From an uncultured Candidatus Bathyarchaeia archaeon (GTDB lineage Archaea; Thermoproteota; Bathyarchaeia; Bathyarchaeales; DTEX01): DNA of 64,000 bases. The position numbers and the translations under genes are program-made. Positions 1 through 8,014 of the stretch are shown in pieces. The stretch is taken from positions 92,695 through 156,694 of the forward strand of contig CAZDRE010000002.1 in assembly GCA_964508155.1 (NCBI GenBank). The letters are read 5' to 3'. The first letter of the stretch is position 1. Each line of letters begins with the position of its first letter. Below the pieces are notes generated by a model. That model searched no databases. It had not been told where the DNA came from and saw nothing but the letters and a program-made list of their open reading frames with translations.

Positions 1-2
1 GC

Positions 3-149
3 GGATACCTTCCCGTTGCGACGATGATAATAGCATCAAAAAGACTCGGAGCGACCGAGGGGAGACTACTGAAGTATGCTACAAGCTATGATGTTCAAGG
101 GTCAACTGATGCCATAGTTGGATATGCTTCTATAATAATCGAAAGATAA
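3..149 (+). CDS. 3-prime end of an unidentified gene truncated by the window edge
   Basis: Frame +3 is open from the window edge (GYLPVATMIIASKRLGATEGRLLKYATSYDVQGSTDAIVGYASIIIER) and ends at TAA 147-149. Family not recognised. Below the ORF-track size cutoff. Confidence 0.35.
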   Translation, partial: GYLPVATMIIASKRLGATEGRLLKYATSYDVQGSTDAIVGYASIIIER

Positions 150-259
150 CGATCATTAATAGCTTCGTCTCTGCAGTATATTCTTTCTTTTCCTTAAGGA
201 GAAGCAAGATCTAATAGTGAAGATCTGATTCTTTTATTTGAGGATTAATTGCATGATGT

Positions 260-1561
260 ATGATTTCAAAAGAACATAAAAGATTTATCGTTGCGTGCTT
301 AGGTTTGATTCACTTGAAGCGTGAGGGTAACAGAGACTTGAACAACGATGATTCAAAAGAAACGTTGAAACCGAGCTCCTTACTTTATGGAACTGCAGCT
401 GCTAAATATTTCTCCGATAGTCTCCTATTGAGCTTTTTCTTTCCATACGCTGTAGTTCTTGGAGTATCCTTTGATCAGATGGGGATGATGAGATCCGCCA
501 GAAACTTATTCCAGAACATCCTCCAGATTGGCTGGGGTGAAGTTTCTGAGAGATTCAGTAGAAAGGCCCTTATAGCCATGGGATACTTTTCAAGCGGATG
601 TATTATAGCTGCTCTTCTCTTCTTCCGTGAACCTGACCAACTCATGTTGCTCATAATACTTCAGTCAATCTTATGCTCAGCTGCTGTGCCCTCATGGAGT
701 TCGCTATTAGCAGATTATACAACCATAAGGAATAGAGGTAAAGTTCTCGGCAGGATCGGTGCTGTAAGCCAATTATCAGGTGTTCTAGCGACGCTTATTG
801 TAGCCTTAATGACGTATGAGCGGCACGGAGTGATCACAGCTAGTTCCTTCACAGTTCCATTCGTATTGTCCGCTGCAATGGCAATTCTAGCCGCAGTCTT
901 GATCATCTTTGTTAAGGAAGTCAAGGTGGAACGGCCGACTCGCGGATTGAGCGGCATAACATCTCCTCTGCTTAATGGTGACTTTCGCCGTTTCTTAGTC
1001 ATTAATGGATTTTATGGTTTCGCGATGGCCTTTGCTTGGCCTCTTTTCCCATACGTTACTATTAAGGTTGTGCATGCGACTGTTTGGCAAATAGCCGTGA
1101 TATCTGCGGCTTCAGGATTTGTGACGAGTATAACCCAGCCGAAGATGGGTTCAATAATTGATAGATTTGGTAGAAAACCCACATTAATCATAAGCAGAAC
1201 ATCTTTCCTTTTGTATCCTCTGCTCTATGCATTTGCCAGGAGCTGGTATCATTTGCTTATCATAAATGTTTTTCTAGCAGTCTCTTCTTCGGCTGCGATT
1301 GTAAGCCTTTCAGCATATATAATGGATTCTGCTCCTCCAGGTTTAAGGGCGAACTATGCGGCTTCAACGAATATGACTATGGGTGTTGCAACCTTCCTCG
1401 GCTCTATTATCGGAGGGATCTTTGCAGGTAGACTTTCAGCATTAGTTGGGGAGAGGCAAGCTCTTTTTATGTGCTTGATCTTGGCAGCTATTTTACGTCT
1501 GATCTCAGATATCTGCTTATTCTTTATAAAGGAGACGTTGCCCAAGAGAGATGCTATCTAA
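260..1561 (+). CDS. MFS-type transporter
   Basis: 433 aa with about 12 hydrophobic segments and an MFS motif-A-like loop, GSIIDRFGRKP. Antisense ORFs 715-1002 and 1354-1545 are treated as shadows. Confidence 0.8.
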   Translation: MISKEHKRFIVACLGLIHLKREGNRDLNNDDSKETLKPSSLLYGTAAAKYFSDSLLLSFFFPYAVVLGVSFDQMGMMRSARNLFQNILQIGWGEVSERFSRKALIAMGYFSSGCIIAALLFFREPDQLMLLIILQSILCSAAVPSWSSLLADYTTIRNRGKVLGRIGAVSQLSGVLATLIVALMTYERHGVITASSFTVPFVLSAAMAILAAVLIIFVKEVKVERPTRGLSGITSPLLNGDFRRFLVINGFYGFAMAFAWPLFPYVTIKVVHATVWQIAVISAASGFVTSITQPKMGSIIDRFGRKPTLIISRTSFLLYPLLYAFARSWYHLLIINVFLAVSSSAAIVSLSAYIMDSAPPGLRANYAASTNMTMGVATFLGSIIGGIFAGRLSALVGERQALFMCLILAAILRLISDICLFFIKETLPKRDAI

Positions 1562-1636
1562 ACGTCTTATTGGCTATAATATACTCGCCTTCTTTCCTAT
1601 AAGATTTATTAATAGTTTCTTGTCTTTTTCTACTCG

Positions 1637-2785
1637 GTGTTACATATCTCGATGAGTGACCGCTCATTTCCCGATATTATGCAGGGGTTTCCCTCTCAGG
1701 ATAATACCATCGGGATGATCATTCAAATACTATGGTTAGCCTTTTTCATCTTCTATCTACTGTATGGGCAGAAGCTCCAAGTTAAGATTATGCTAAAGGA
1801 GATAGAAGGTTCACTCTTTAAATTAAAGATGATAAGAGATCGCGGAAGAGAAATCGCGATCTCCACAGTTAAGAAGTTTAGTAAGCATGGTAATGATCCG
1901 ACCGAGCGTGTCGATCGTCTCCTCGAATACGTCTATATACCACCGGTCGATCTTGACCCATACGGAATAATAAAACGACTTGAGCATCTCGTCGACGTTC
2001 GAGATTTCAGACTCAAAGATGAAGTCAAACTCATGGTTCCAGACGCCGATGAAACGAAGATAAATAATCTAACGAATATGCTCGAAGCCGCATTAGCCTT
2101 AAATCAAATATACAAAATTGTTAGACACTTCTATCTTATAGGAAAGAAAACCTCTAGCTTCTATATAATTCTTCAGCTCCAAATGATCCTTCCACAGATA
2201 ATGAAGGAATCCCAGGCCTATGCAAGTGCTTTGACGGCCTTCAAGAACGGTCAGCCCATAGGTGACGGGATAGGCCCGCTCATAGCTGCAAGGCTGATGC
2301 ATGGAAGAAAAGAATATGAGATTGTCGAAGATACCGTCGTAAGCGAGGTCCCAATAGATGGGCGAATAGCCTATGTGCTAAAGGCCAAGGGACCAGGAGG
2401 AAATGTGGGAAAACCAGGCGAAGCTATAAGGCGTCTATTAGAGGAGATGGAGGGTAAGATAAGCAGGATAATAATCATTGATGCGGCTCAAAAGCTTGAA
2501 GGTGAAAAGTCCGGTGAGGTCGCTGAGGGAACTGGGGTTGCCATAGGCGGGCCTGGAGTAGATAAATACAAAGTTGAGGAGGTCGCAGCAAAGTATAAGG
2601 TGCCTTTAGATGCTATTCTGATAAAGGAGAGTATAGAAGATGTTATCTCAGCCATGAAGAAGGAGATAGCAAATAGTGTTGATGAGGTTATTAAGCGAAT
2701 AAAGAGGATAATTCATGAGAATACGAAGGTAGGCGATCATATAATAATTGCTGGAATAGGAAATACTATCGGAATAGCACAGTAG
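1637..2785 (+). CDS. membrane-anchored conserved archaeal protein (DUF1512-like, tentative)
   Basis: 382 aa with a single N-terminal TM helix (IGMIIQILWLAFFIFYLLYG) and a soluble domain carrying glycine-rich loops GPGGNVGKPGE and GGPGVD. Size and architecture recall the archaeal DUF1512 family. Not verifiable without an HMM search. Confidence 0.55.
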   Translation: MLHISMSDRSFPDIMQGFPSQDNTIGMIIQILWLAFFIFYLLYGQKLQVKIMLKEIEGSLFKLKMIRDRGREIAISTVKKFSKHGNDPTERVDRLLEYVYIPPVDLDPYGIIKRLEHLVDVRDFRLKDEVKLMVPDADETKINNLTNMLEAALALNQIYKIVRHFYLIGKKTSSFYIILQLQMILPQIMKESQAYASALTAFKNGQPIGDGIGPLIAARLMHGRKEYEIVEDTVVSEVPIDGRIAYVLKAKGPGGNVGKPGEAIRRLLEEMEGKISRIIIIDAAQKLEGEKSGEVAEGTGVAIGGPGVDKYKVEEVAAKYKVPLDAILIKESIEDVISAMKKEIANSVDEVIKRIKRIIHENTKVGDHIIIAGIGNTIGIAQ

Positions 2786-2794
2786 GAGATATAT

Positions 2795-3202
2795 ATGAGT
2801 GCCGATCTAAAAGGGGCAAAAAGGTCAATTCTATACTTGGTATCGATAATTGCGATCATGCTATTCCTATCGATTGTAACTCTTGTTCAGGCATTCAAGA
2901 CATATATGGAGAGTGGACATCTGGATTTCTTGGCTCTCTTCTTAAGTGCAAGTGCATTTGTCCTCTCGATTTACATGGCCCTGCAGATAGGCGTGAAGCC
3001 TCCTAAATTAGGATTTGAGCAACAAAGAGTCTTAACAGTAATCAGATGTTCACGTTGCGGATTTGAATCCGTTCGGAATTTTAAAGAGGGAGATTATGTA
3101 TTAAAGAGGATCGGCTCCTGCCCGAAATGCAACGGTCCATCATTCATATATACGATCTTTAGGGAAGAGGAAAAGGGCAAAAAGAAGGCGGGGAAAGATT
3201 AA
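2795..3202 (+). CDS. small membrane protein with C-terminal zinc ribbon
   Basis: 135 aa with two hydrophobic helices followed by CSRC-x20-CPKC and a lysine-rich tail. Starts 9 nt after the preceding gene. Confidence 0.6.
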   Translation: MSADLKGAKRSILYLVSIIAIMLFLSIVTLVQAFKTYMESGHLDFLALFLSASAFVLSIYMALQIGVKPPKLGFEQQRVLTVIRCSRCGFESVRNFKEGDYVLKRIGSCPKCNGPSFIYTIFREEEKGKKKAGKD

Positions 3203-3212
3203 TCCCTATATT

Positions 3213-4112
3213 TCAAGTTAAAACGACAGCTCCGTTTTTATCTATGTAAACTGTATGTTCGAATTGGGCGACCCATTGACCGCTTTCTTCGATAAAGACT
3301 GGATAAGCCATTATGCATTTGGATTCGAGAAGATGTGTAAATGCAAATTCATTAAGGATATGATCTTTTATAAGCCATCTCTTCGCGAAAGGTAAAGTCC
3401 TAAATTTTCTCTCTATAAAAGTCAGAAGCCTCATAGCCTCTTTGAGCTTTATTTTCTTTCTCTTTAAAAGTCTGAATATATGCGCTTCTTCTCCCTCAAT
3501 TACTCTGCCCTTTGCATTTGGCGTTGTAACGAACGGTTCAATGGCATATACCTCCCCTTCATGGATCTTCCTAAATGAGACATGAGAGACGTTCGGAAGA
3601 GATTTCCCAGCGTGGATCATATAACGTCCTATCTGATGCCCCGTAAGATTCGATATTGGCTTGAATCCCCTATTCTCGATAACTCTTTGAATCTTAGATC
3701 CAAGATCAGAAGTGGAGATTCCCGGCCTAATAGTTCGTATGGCTGTTTCTAAGGCGATACGGGAGGTTTGAACCATATCTTCATATTCCGAATTAAAGCA
3801 TACAGTTGTTGCAGTGTCAACTATGTATCCGTCAATATGAACGCCTATATCGATCTTCACCACTGATCCATCCGGAATTATTCTTTCATCTCCAGGTGGG
3901 GAAGTATAGTGAGCGGCGATTTCATTAACGGAGACGTTGCATGGAAAAGCGGGTTCTCCTCCAAGATTTCGAATGTTCTCCTCGACCATCTCGCAAATGT
4001 CAATAATCCGCATGCCTTCCCTCACGGTATCTTCTATCTTCATCCTAACTTTGGATGCTATTCGTCCTGCCTCTTCATACTTCTCGAGAACATCCGCATT
4101 TAGAACTGGCAT
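3213..4112 (-). CDS. map: methionine aminopeptidase, type 2 (archaeal)
   Basis: 299 aa. Motifs: FPCNVSVNEIAAHYTSPPGD, DIGVHIDGYIVDTA, GHQIGRYMIHAGKSLPN, AIEPF, EHTV, plus the inserted helical subdomain typical of type 2 enzymes. Confidence 0.9.
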   Translation of the reverse strand: MPVLNADVLEKYEEAGRIASKVRMKIEDTVREGMRIIDICEMVEENIRNLGGEPAFPCNVSVNEIAAHYTSPPGDERIIPDGSVVKIDIGVHIDGYIVDTATTVCFNSEYEDMVQTSRIALETAIRTIRPGISTSDLGSKIQRVIENRGFKPISNLTGHQIGRYMIHAGKSLPNVSHVSFRKIHEGEVYAIEPFVTTPNAKGRVIEGEEAHIFRLLKRKKIKLKEAMRLLTFIERKFRTLPFAKRWLIKDHILNEFAFTHLLESKCIMAYPVFIEESGQWVAQFEHTVYIDKNGAVVLT

Positions 4113-4255
4113 GAGATCACCCAGTAATTGGGAGATACTGATATTTCAAGATGTCACATCTACTTTATCTTTATTTTCATGTGCCACTTCACTTAAATTC
4201 TATAATAGCTTTCATTAAACTTTGATTTAGTGCCAATACTCGGTGGTGGCAAAGT

Positions 4256-5224
4256 TTGGCTTTAAGGAGGATCGGTATTGTAACTGCTGGTGGCGACGCT
4301 CCTGGAATGAATGCCGCCATCCGCTCGGTTGTCCGCTCAGCCCTGCATAACAACTTGGAAATTATAGGATTTGAGAGAGGATATGCCGGATTAATCGAGG
4401 GTCAAGCCCGCCAACTAAAGGCGAGATCCGTAAGTGGGATAATAAATCTCGGAGGGACGATCCTAAAGACTCGGAGATGCAGAGAGATGAGGACTCCTGA
4501 AGGAATAGAGAAGGCAGCTGAGACTCTTAAGAAATATGGCATTGATGGGCTTGTAGCGATCGGCGGAGACGGAACATTCAGAGGTGCAAGCGAGCTTTAC
4601 AGGGCAAGCGGCATATCGATGATCGGAATACCCGCAACAATAGATAATGACGTTGCTGGAACCGATACGACCATAGGATTTGATACGGCCGTCAATACTG
4701 CTCTTTCAGCCATAGACAAGATCAGGGACACTGCAACCTCTCATGAGAGAATATTCGTTGTTGAGGTCATGGGGAGAAGCCGTGGATTCCTAGCATTAGA
4801 GGTCGGCCTTGCTGGAGGAGCCGAAATAATTCTAATACCTGAAGTTAAGTTTGACATGGATTTGGTATGCGAAAAGATTAAGAGTGCTCGTGAAGCTGGA
4901 AAGACATCTGAAATCGTAGTGATGGCTGAGGGCGCTGGAGATTCGCGTGAAATCGCCAGGCGCATAGCTGATGAGACTGGATATGAGGTTAGACTCACGG
5001 TTCTCGGATATATCCAGAGAGGAGGAACTCCCACAGCCCTAAGCAGGACATTGGCATCGCAATTTGGATATCACGCTGTTGAGCTCCTACTTACTGGAGA
5101 GAAGAAACGGATGGTCGGAATTAGGAATGGAAAGATATGCTCTGTTGATCTTGACTATTCATGGAGTGCAGAAAAGAAGATAGACTTGGAGAAATACAGA
5201 TTAGCAGAGATACTGTCAGAATAG
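4256..5224 (+). CDS. pfkA: 6-phosphofructokinase, PfkA family
   Basis: 322 aa with a TTG start. Motifs: GIVTAGGDAPGMNAAIR, AIGGDGTFRGA, GIPATIDNDV, VVEVMGRSRG, LGYIQRGG. Confidence 0.9.
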   Translation: MALRRIGIVTAGGDAPGMNAAIRSVVRSALHNNLEIIGFERGYAGLIEGQARQLKARSVSGIINLGGTILKTRRCREMRTPEGIEKAAETLKKYGIDGLVAIGGDGTFRGASELYRASGISMIGIPATIDNDVAGTDTTIGFDTAVNTALSAIDKIRDTATSHERIFVVEVMGRSRGFLALEVGLAGGAEIILIPEVKFDMDLVCEKIKSAREAGKTSEIVVMAEGAGDSREIARRIADETGYEVRLTVLGYIQRGGTPTALSRTLASQFGYHAVELLLTGEKKRMVGIRNGKICSVDLDYSWSAEKKIDLEKYRLAEILSE

Positions 5225-5287
5225 AAAATCTTCTTCATATCGAGTTGAAATCTTCCGCTCCATACTTCTACGACCGTGTCCAGCAGT

Positions 5288-6379
5288 TTATGTTATAAAG
5301 TTGGTTAATCCTGCTTGCTTAGCCAATTCTATTGCTCTTCTCATTTCTTCTCCATTCAGTCTTCTTCTTAGCTCCGGAATCTCATAGGCTCTCCATTCTG
5401 GTCTATACTGGAACATAACATTTGTTCTGGTGTCTGCCCCTATATTCTTGGATATCCAATTCAATATTACCTTCGTGCAGCAGTCTAAGTGCCCCGGAAG
5501 AACGAGAACTCTGATGATTAATTCTCCATACTTTTTTCCATATAGATGGTTTCTTGTGCATGCTTCCCAATAATTCGGAGCATCACTGATTCTCTCCGCG
5601 CATTTATTATTGCCATACTTGAAATCCAATAGGTATACATCTACAAATCCCGCTAAGAGCTTAGCCGTTTCCTCACTATAGTACGAGTTTGAGTTCCAGA
5701 CGATCGGGACATTCACATTTACATACTTAAATGTCTGAATCCACTGCTGTAGCCATGGAGTAGGCTCTCCACCGACGAGATTGACGTTTCTACATCCACT
5801 TTTCCTCAAGTGCTCAACAGCCAGTGCCAATCGCTTCGTGGAATATATCTCTCCTTCCTCAAACCATTGTGAGATTGTCCAGTTCTGGCAATGCAGACAT
5901 CTTATAGTGCAGCCCATGGTAAAGATCGTTCCTGACGGAACAAGTTCAGGCTCCTCTCCTAGATGCTCAAAAATAGATGAGACGACTATCTGCGATCCAC
6001 ATCTGCAGTATCCAAGTTCTCCCTCTAAACGGTTCACTCCGCATCTTCTAATGCAGAAATGGCAGTTTTCCATGATCCGAGTGGCTATTTTCTCCTTTAA
6101 ATCCAATAATGACTTTTCCGGGGTCTTAAGATCCTCGATTCTCCTCATTTTAGAGTCTATTTGTCCCTGCAGATCATAAAATTCCTCGAGTAATTCGTCA
6201 TGTAAGCTCCAAAGATCCTTCAGTGAGTCATCTTCGTTAAAATTCGCCGGGATCTTCTTTGCGATTAGAAATTTAGCTGGCTTACTATCCTGCATGACAT
6301 CGAAATACCTTGATAGGCTCCTACGGGCCTTTTCATCCTCTAAAACTGCAACTGCATCCCTGCGGATTATCCTCCACAT
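5288..6379 (-). CDS. radical SAM protein, PflX-like activase family
   Basis: 363 aa. Radical SAM cluster motif CTIRCLHCQNW (CxxxCxxC), preceded by the Cys-rich CHFCIRRCGVNRLEGELGYCRCG. Confidence 0.75.
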   Translation of the reverse strand: MWRIIRRDAVAVLEDEKARRSLSRYFDVMQDSKPAKFLIAKKIPANFNEDDSLKDLWSLHDELLEEFYDLQGQIDSKMRRIEDLKTPEKSLLDLKEKIATRIMENCHFCIRRCGVNRLEGELGYCRCGSQIVVSSIFEHLGEEPELVPSGTIFTMGCTIRCLHCQNWTISQWFEEGEIYSTKRLALAVEHLRKSGCRNVNLVGGEPTPWLQQWIQTFKYVNVNVPIVWNSNSYYSEETAKLLAGFVDVYLLDFKYGNNKCAERISDAPNYWEACTRNHLYGKKYGELIIRVLVLPGHLDCCTKVILNWISKNIGADTRTNVMFQYRPEWRAYEIPELRRRLNGEEMRRAIELAKQAGLTNFIT

Positions 6380-6436
6380 AAACCTTCAAGGAAGAACTTT
6401 ATTGAGAAATCACTTATTAATGCAGCTGCGAGGCAC

Positions 6437-7501
6437 CTATATTAGCGATATTGGAAACGACAATCCCTCTCGATGAAACTTGCCTTTTATTGGTATCTTC
6501 TCACCGCATTTGGGACATCTCATATCTTCAGTGAGGTTCCATCTCGTTATTCCAAATCCATATCTCCCGATGAGAAGCTCGCCGCATCTTGGACAGTAGG
6601 TGTTCTCATATTTATGTCCAGGAACATTTCCGATGTATACATAATTCAGTCCTGCACGTCGCGCAGTCTCGTATGCATCCTCAAGGGTCTTTATCTCCGT
6701 AGATCTAATGGTTGTAAGGTTATAATCCGGATGAAACCTCAAAAGATGAAATGGGGTGTTCTCGCCTAGATTTTCGCAGATCCACTCTGCAAGTTCGCTT
6801 ATCTGCTTCATTGAGTCTCCTATCTTTGGAACGACAAGATTTGTGATCTCAATATGTATCCCATTCTTCTTCATCTCGACAAGAGCATCAAATATCGGCT
6901 CAACTGATGGAACAGAGGAGAATCTCCTATAAAATTCCGGATCTCCTCCTCCTTTGAAATCGACGGTCGCCGCGTCTAGGTAGGGAGCGATCATCTTCAC
7001 AGCTTCTGGAGTCATATACCCATTAGTGACAAATGTGTTGAAGAGCCCCTCTTTATGAGCCAAAACCGCAGTGTCATATGCATACTCAAAGAAGATAGTT
7101 GGTTCAGTATAGGTGTAACTTATGCCTTGACAGTCATATTCCTTAGCGGCTTTAACTACTTCCTCCGGCGGAAAATATCTGCCGATTATATCCCTTTCTT
7201 GGCTTATGCTCCAGTTATCACAGAACTGACAGCGAAAGTTACATCCAACAGTCGCAATTGACATTACATAAGAGCCTGGATGAAAATGTGAGAGCGGCTT
7301 TTTACCTATCGGATCGGCGTGAGCCGCGCAGGCTTCAGCATAATTTAACGAATATAGCTTTCCAGCCTCATTCTTCCTAACGCGGCAAAATCCAAATTTT
7401 CCATCCTTAATTATACATCTTCGTCCACATAGGTTGCATCTGACAGTGTTTTCTGGAAGTCTTTCATAAAGCAATGCTTCGTGTTTAACCAAAAAACACA
7501 C
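6437..7501 (-). CDS. amrS: AmmeMemoRadiSam system radical SAM enzyme
   Basis: 354 aa. N-terminal CNLCGRRC..FGFCRVR, radical SAM motif CNFRCQFCDNW, and C-terminal zinc ribbon CPRCG..CPKCG. This is the pattern I associate with the AmmeMemoRadiSam family. Confidence 0.8.
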   Translation of the reverse strand: MCFLVKHEALLYERLPENTVRCNLCGRRCIIKDGKFGFCRVRKNEAGKLYSLNYAEACAAHADPIGKKPLSHFHPGSYVMSIATVGCNFRCQFCDNWSISQERDIIGRYFPPEEVVKAAKEYDCQGISYTYTEPTIFFEYAYDTAVLAHKEGLFNTFVTNGYMTPEAVKMIAPYLDAATVDFKGGGDPEFYRRFSSVPSVEPIFDALVEMKKNGIHIEITNLVVPKIGDSMKQISELAEWICENLGENTPFHLLRFHPDYNLTTIRSTEIKTLEDAYETARRAGLNYVYIGNVPGHKYENTYCPRCGELLIGRYGFGITRWNLTEDMRCPKCGEKIPIKGKFHREGLSFPISLI

Positions 7502-7605
7502 CCGTATATACTAAGTTGTTTAAGTCCCATATATTTACTATTCTAAATTCCTAATGTGTGAATAAATTCTGGGCTGTTACTCGGTTACATCGAGGATTAT
7601 GGGAG

Positions 7606-7923
7606 TTAATCCTTTATTCCCTCAAGAAGACTCATTACGTTCCAGAGCTTCACCCTTGTATATGGAGGCATATTAGGGTCCTGCAGGATCTCATCCAGTA
7701 TGGATATTGCATTAGACGCCCTAACGGCTAGTGTATATTCCTCTGATTGAAGGGCATCCATGGATTCCTTCGCCGCCCTCCGAATATTTCGCGGGGTGGT
7801 CGTATCCTCGGAGACTTGATTAAGAATAAACATCGCCTGCTTGACTTTTTCTTCATATTCCTTTAATTTCTTCCGACTGACCAATTCTATTTCCCTCCAA
7901 GCATGACTATAACAGATGAACAT
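7606..7923 (-). CDS. UPF0147 family small protein
   Basis: DTTTPRNIRRAAKESMDAL and DPNMPPYTRVKLWNVMSLLE match my recollection of short archaeal UPF0147 proteins. The true start may be internal (in-frame TTG near 7884). Confidence 0.7.
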   Translation of the reverse strand: MFICYSHAWREIELVSRKKLKEYEEKVKQAMFILNQVSEDTTTPRNIRRAAKESMDALQSEEYTLAVRASNAISILDEILQDPNMPPYTRVKLWNVMSLLEGIKD

Positions 7924-8014
7924 TACTCTCCTAAAAACAATTTATAGATCATGAAAGCAGAAATATAAGTATATACTGTTTAATCTTATTGCATCTTGTT
8001 AAAGTTTAGGGCTA

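Noticed and set aside
715-1545. Antisense ORFs (715-1002, 1354-1545) inside the MFS gene. There are many analogous track entries: 2099-2302, 3909-4218, 4741-5034, 5781-6179, 8327-8894, 10028-10979, 28483-30207, 41025-41279, 42151-43195, 43735-44379, 45590-46426, 50098-51720, 54949-55302, 57409-57847 and 61880-62863.
   Set aside because: Each lies entirely within, and antisense or out of frame to, a longer ORF with clear family motifs. Their translations are low-complexity or Ser/Leu/Pro-rich, as is typical of shadow ORFs.
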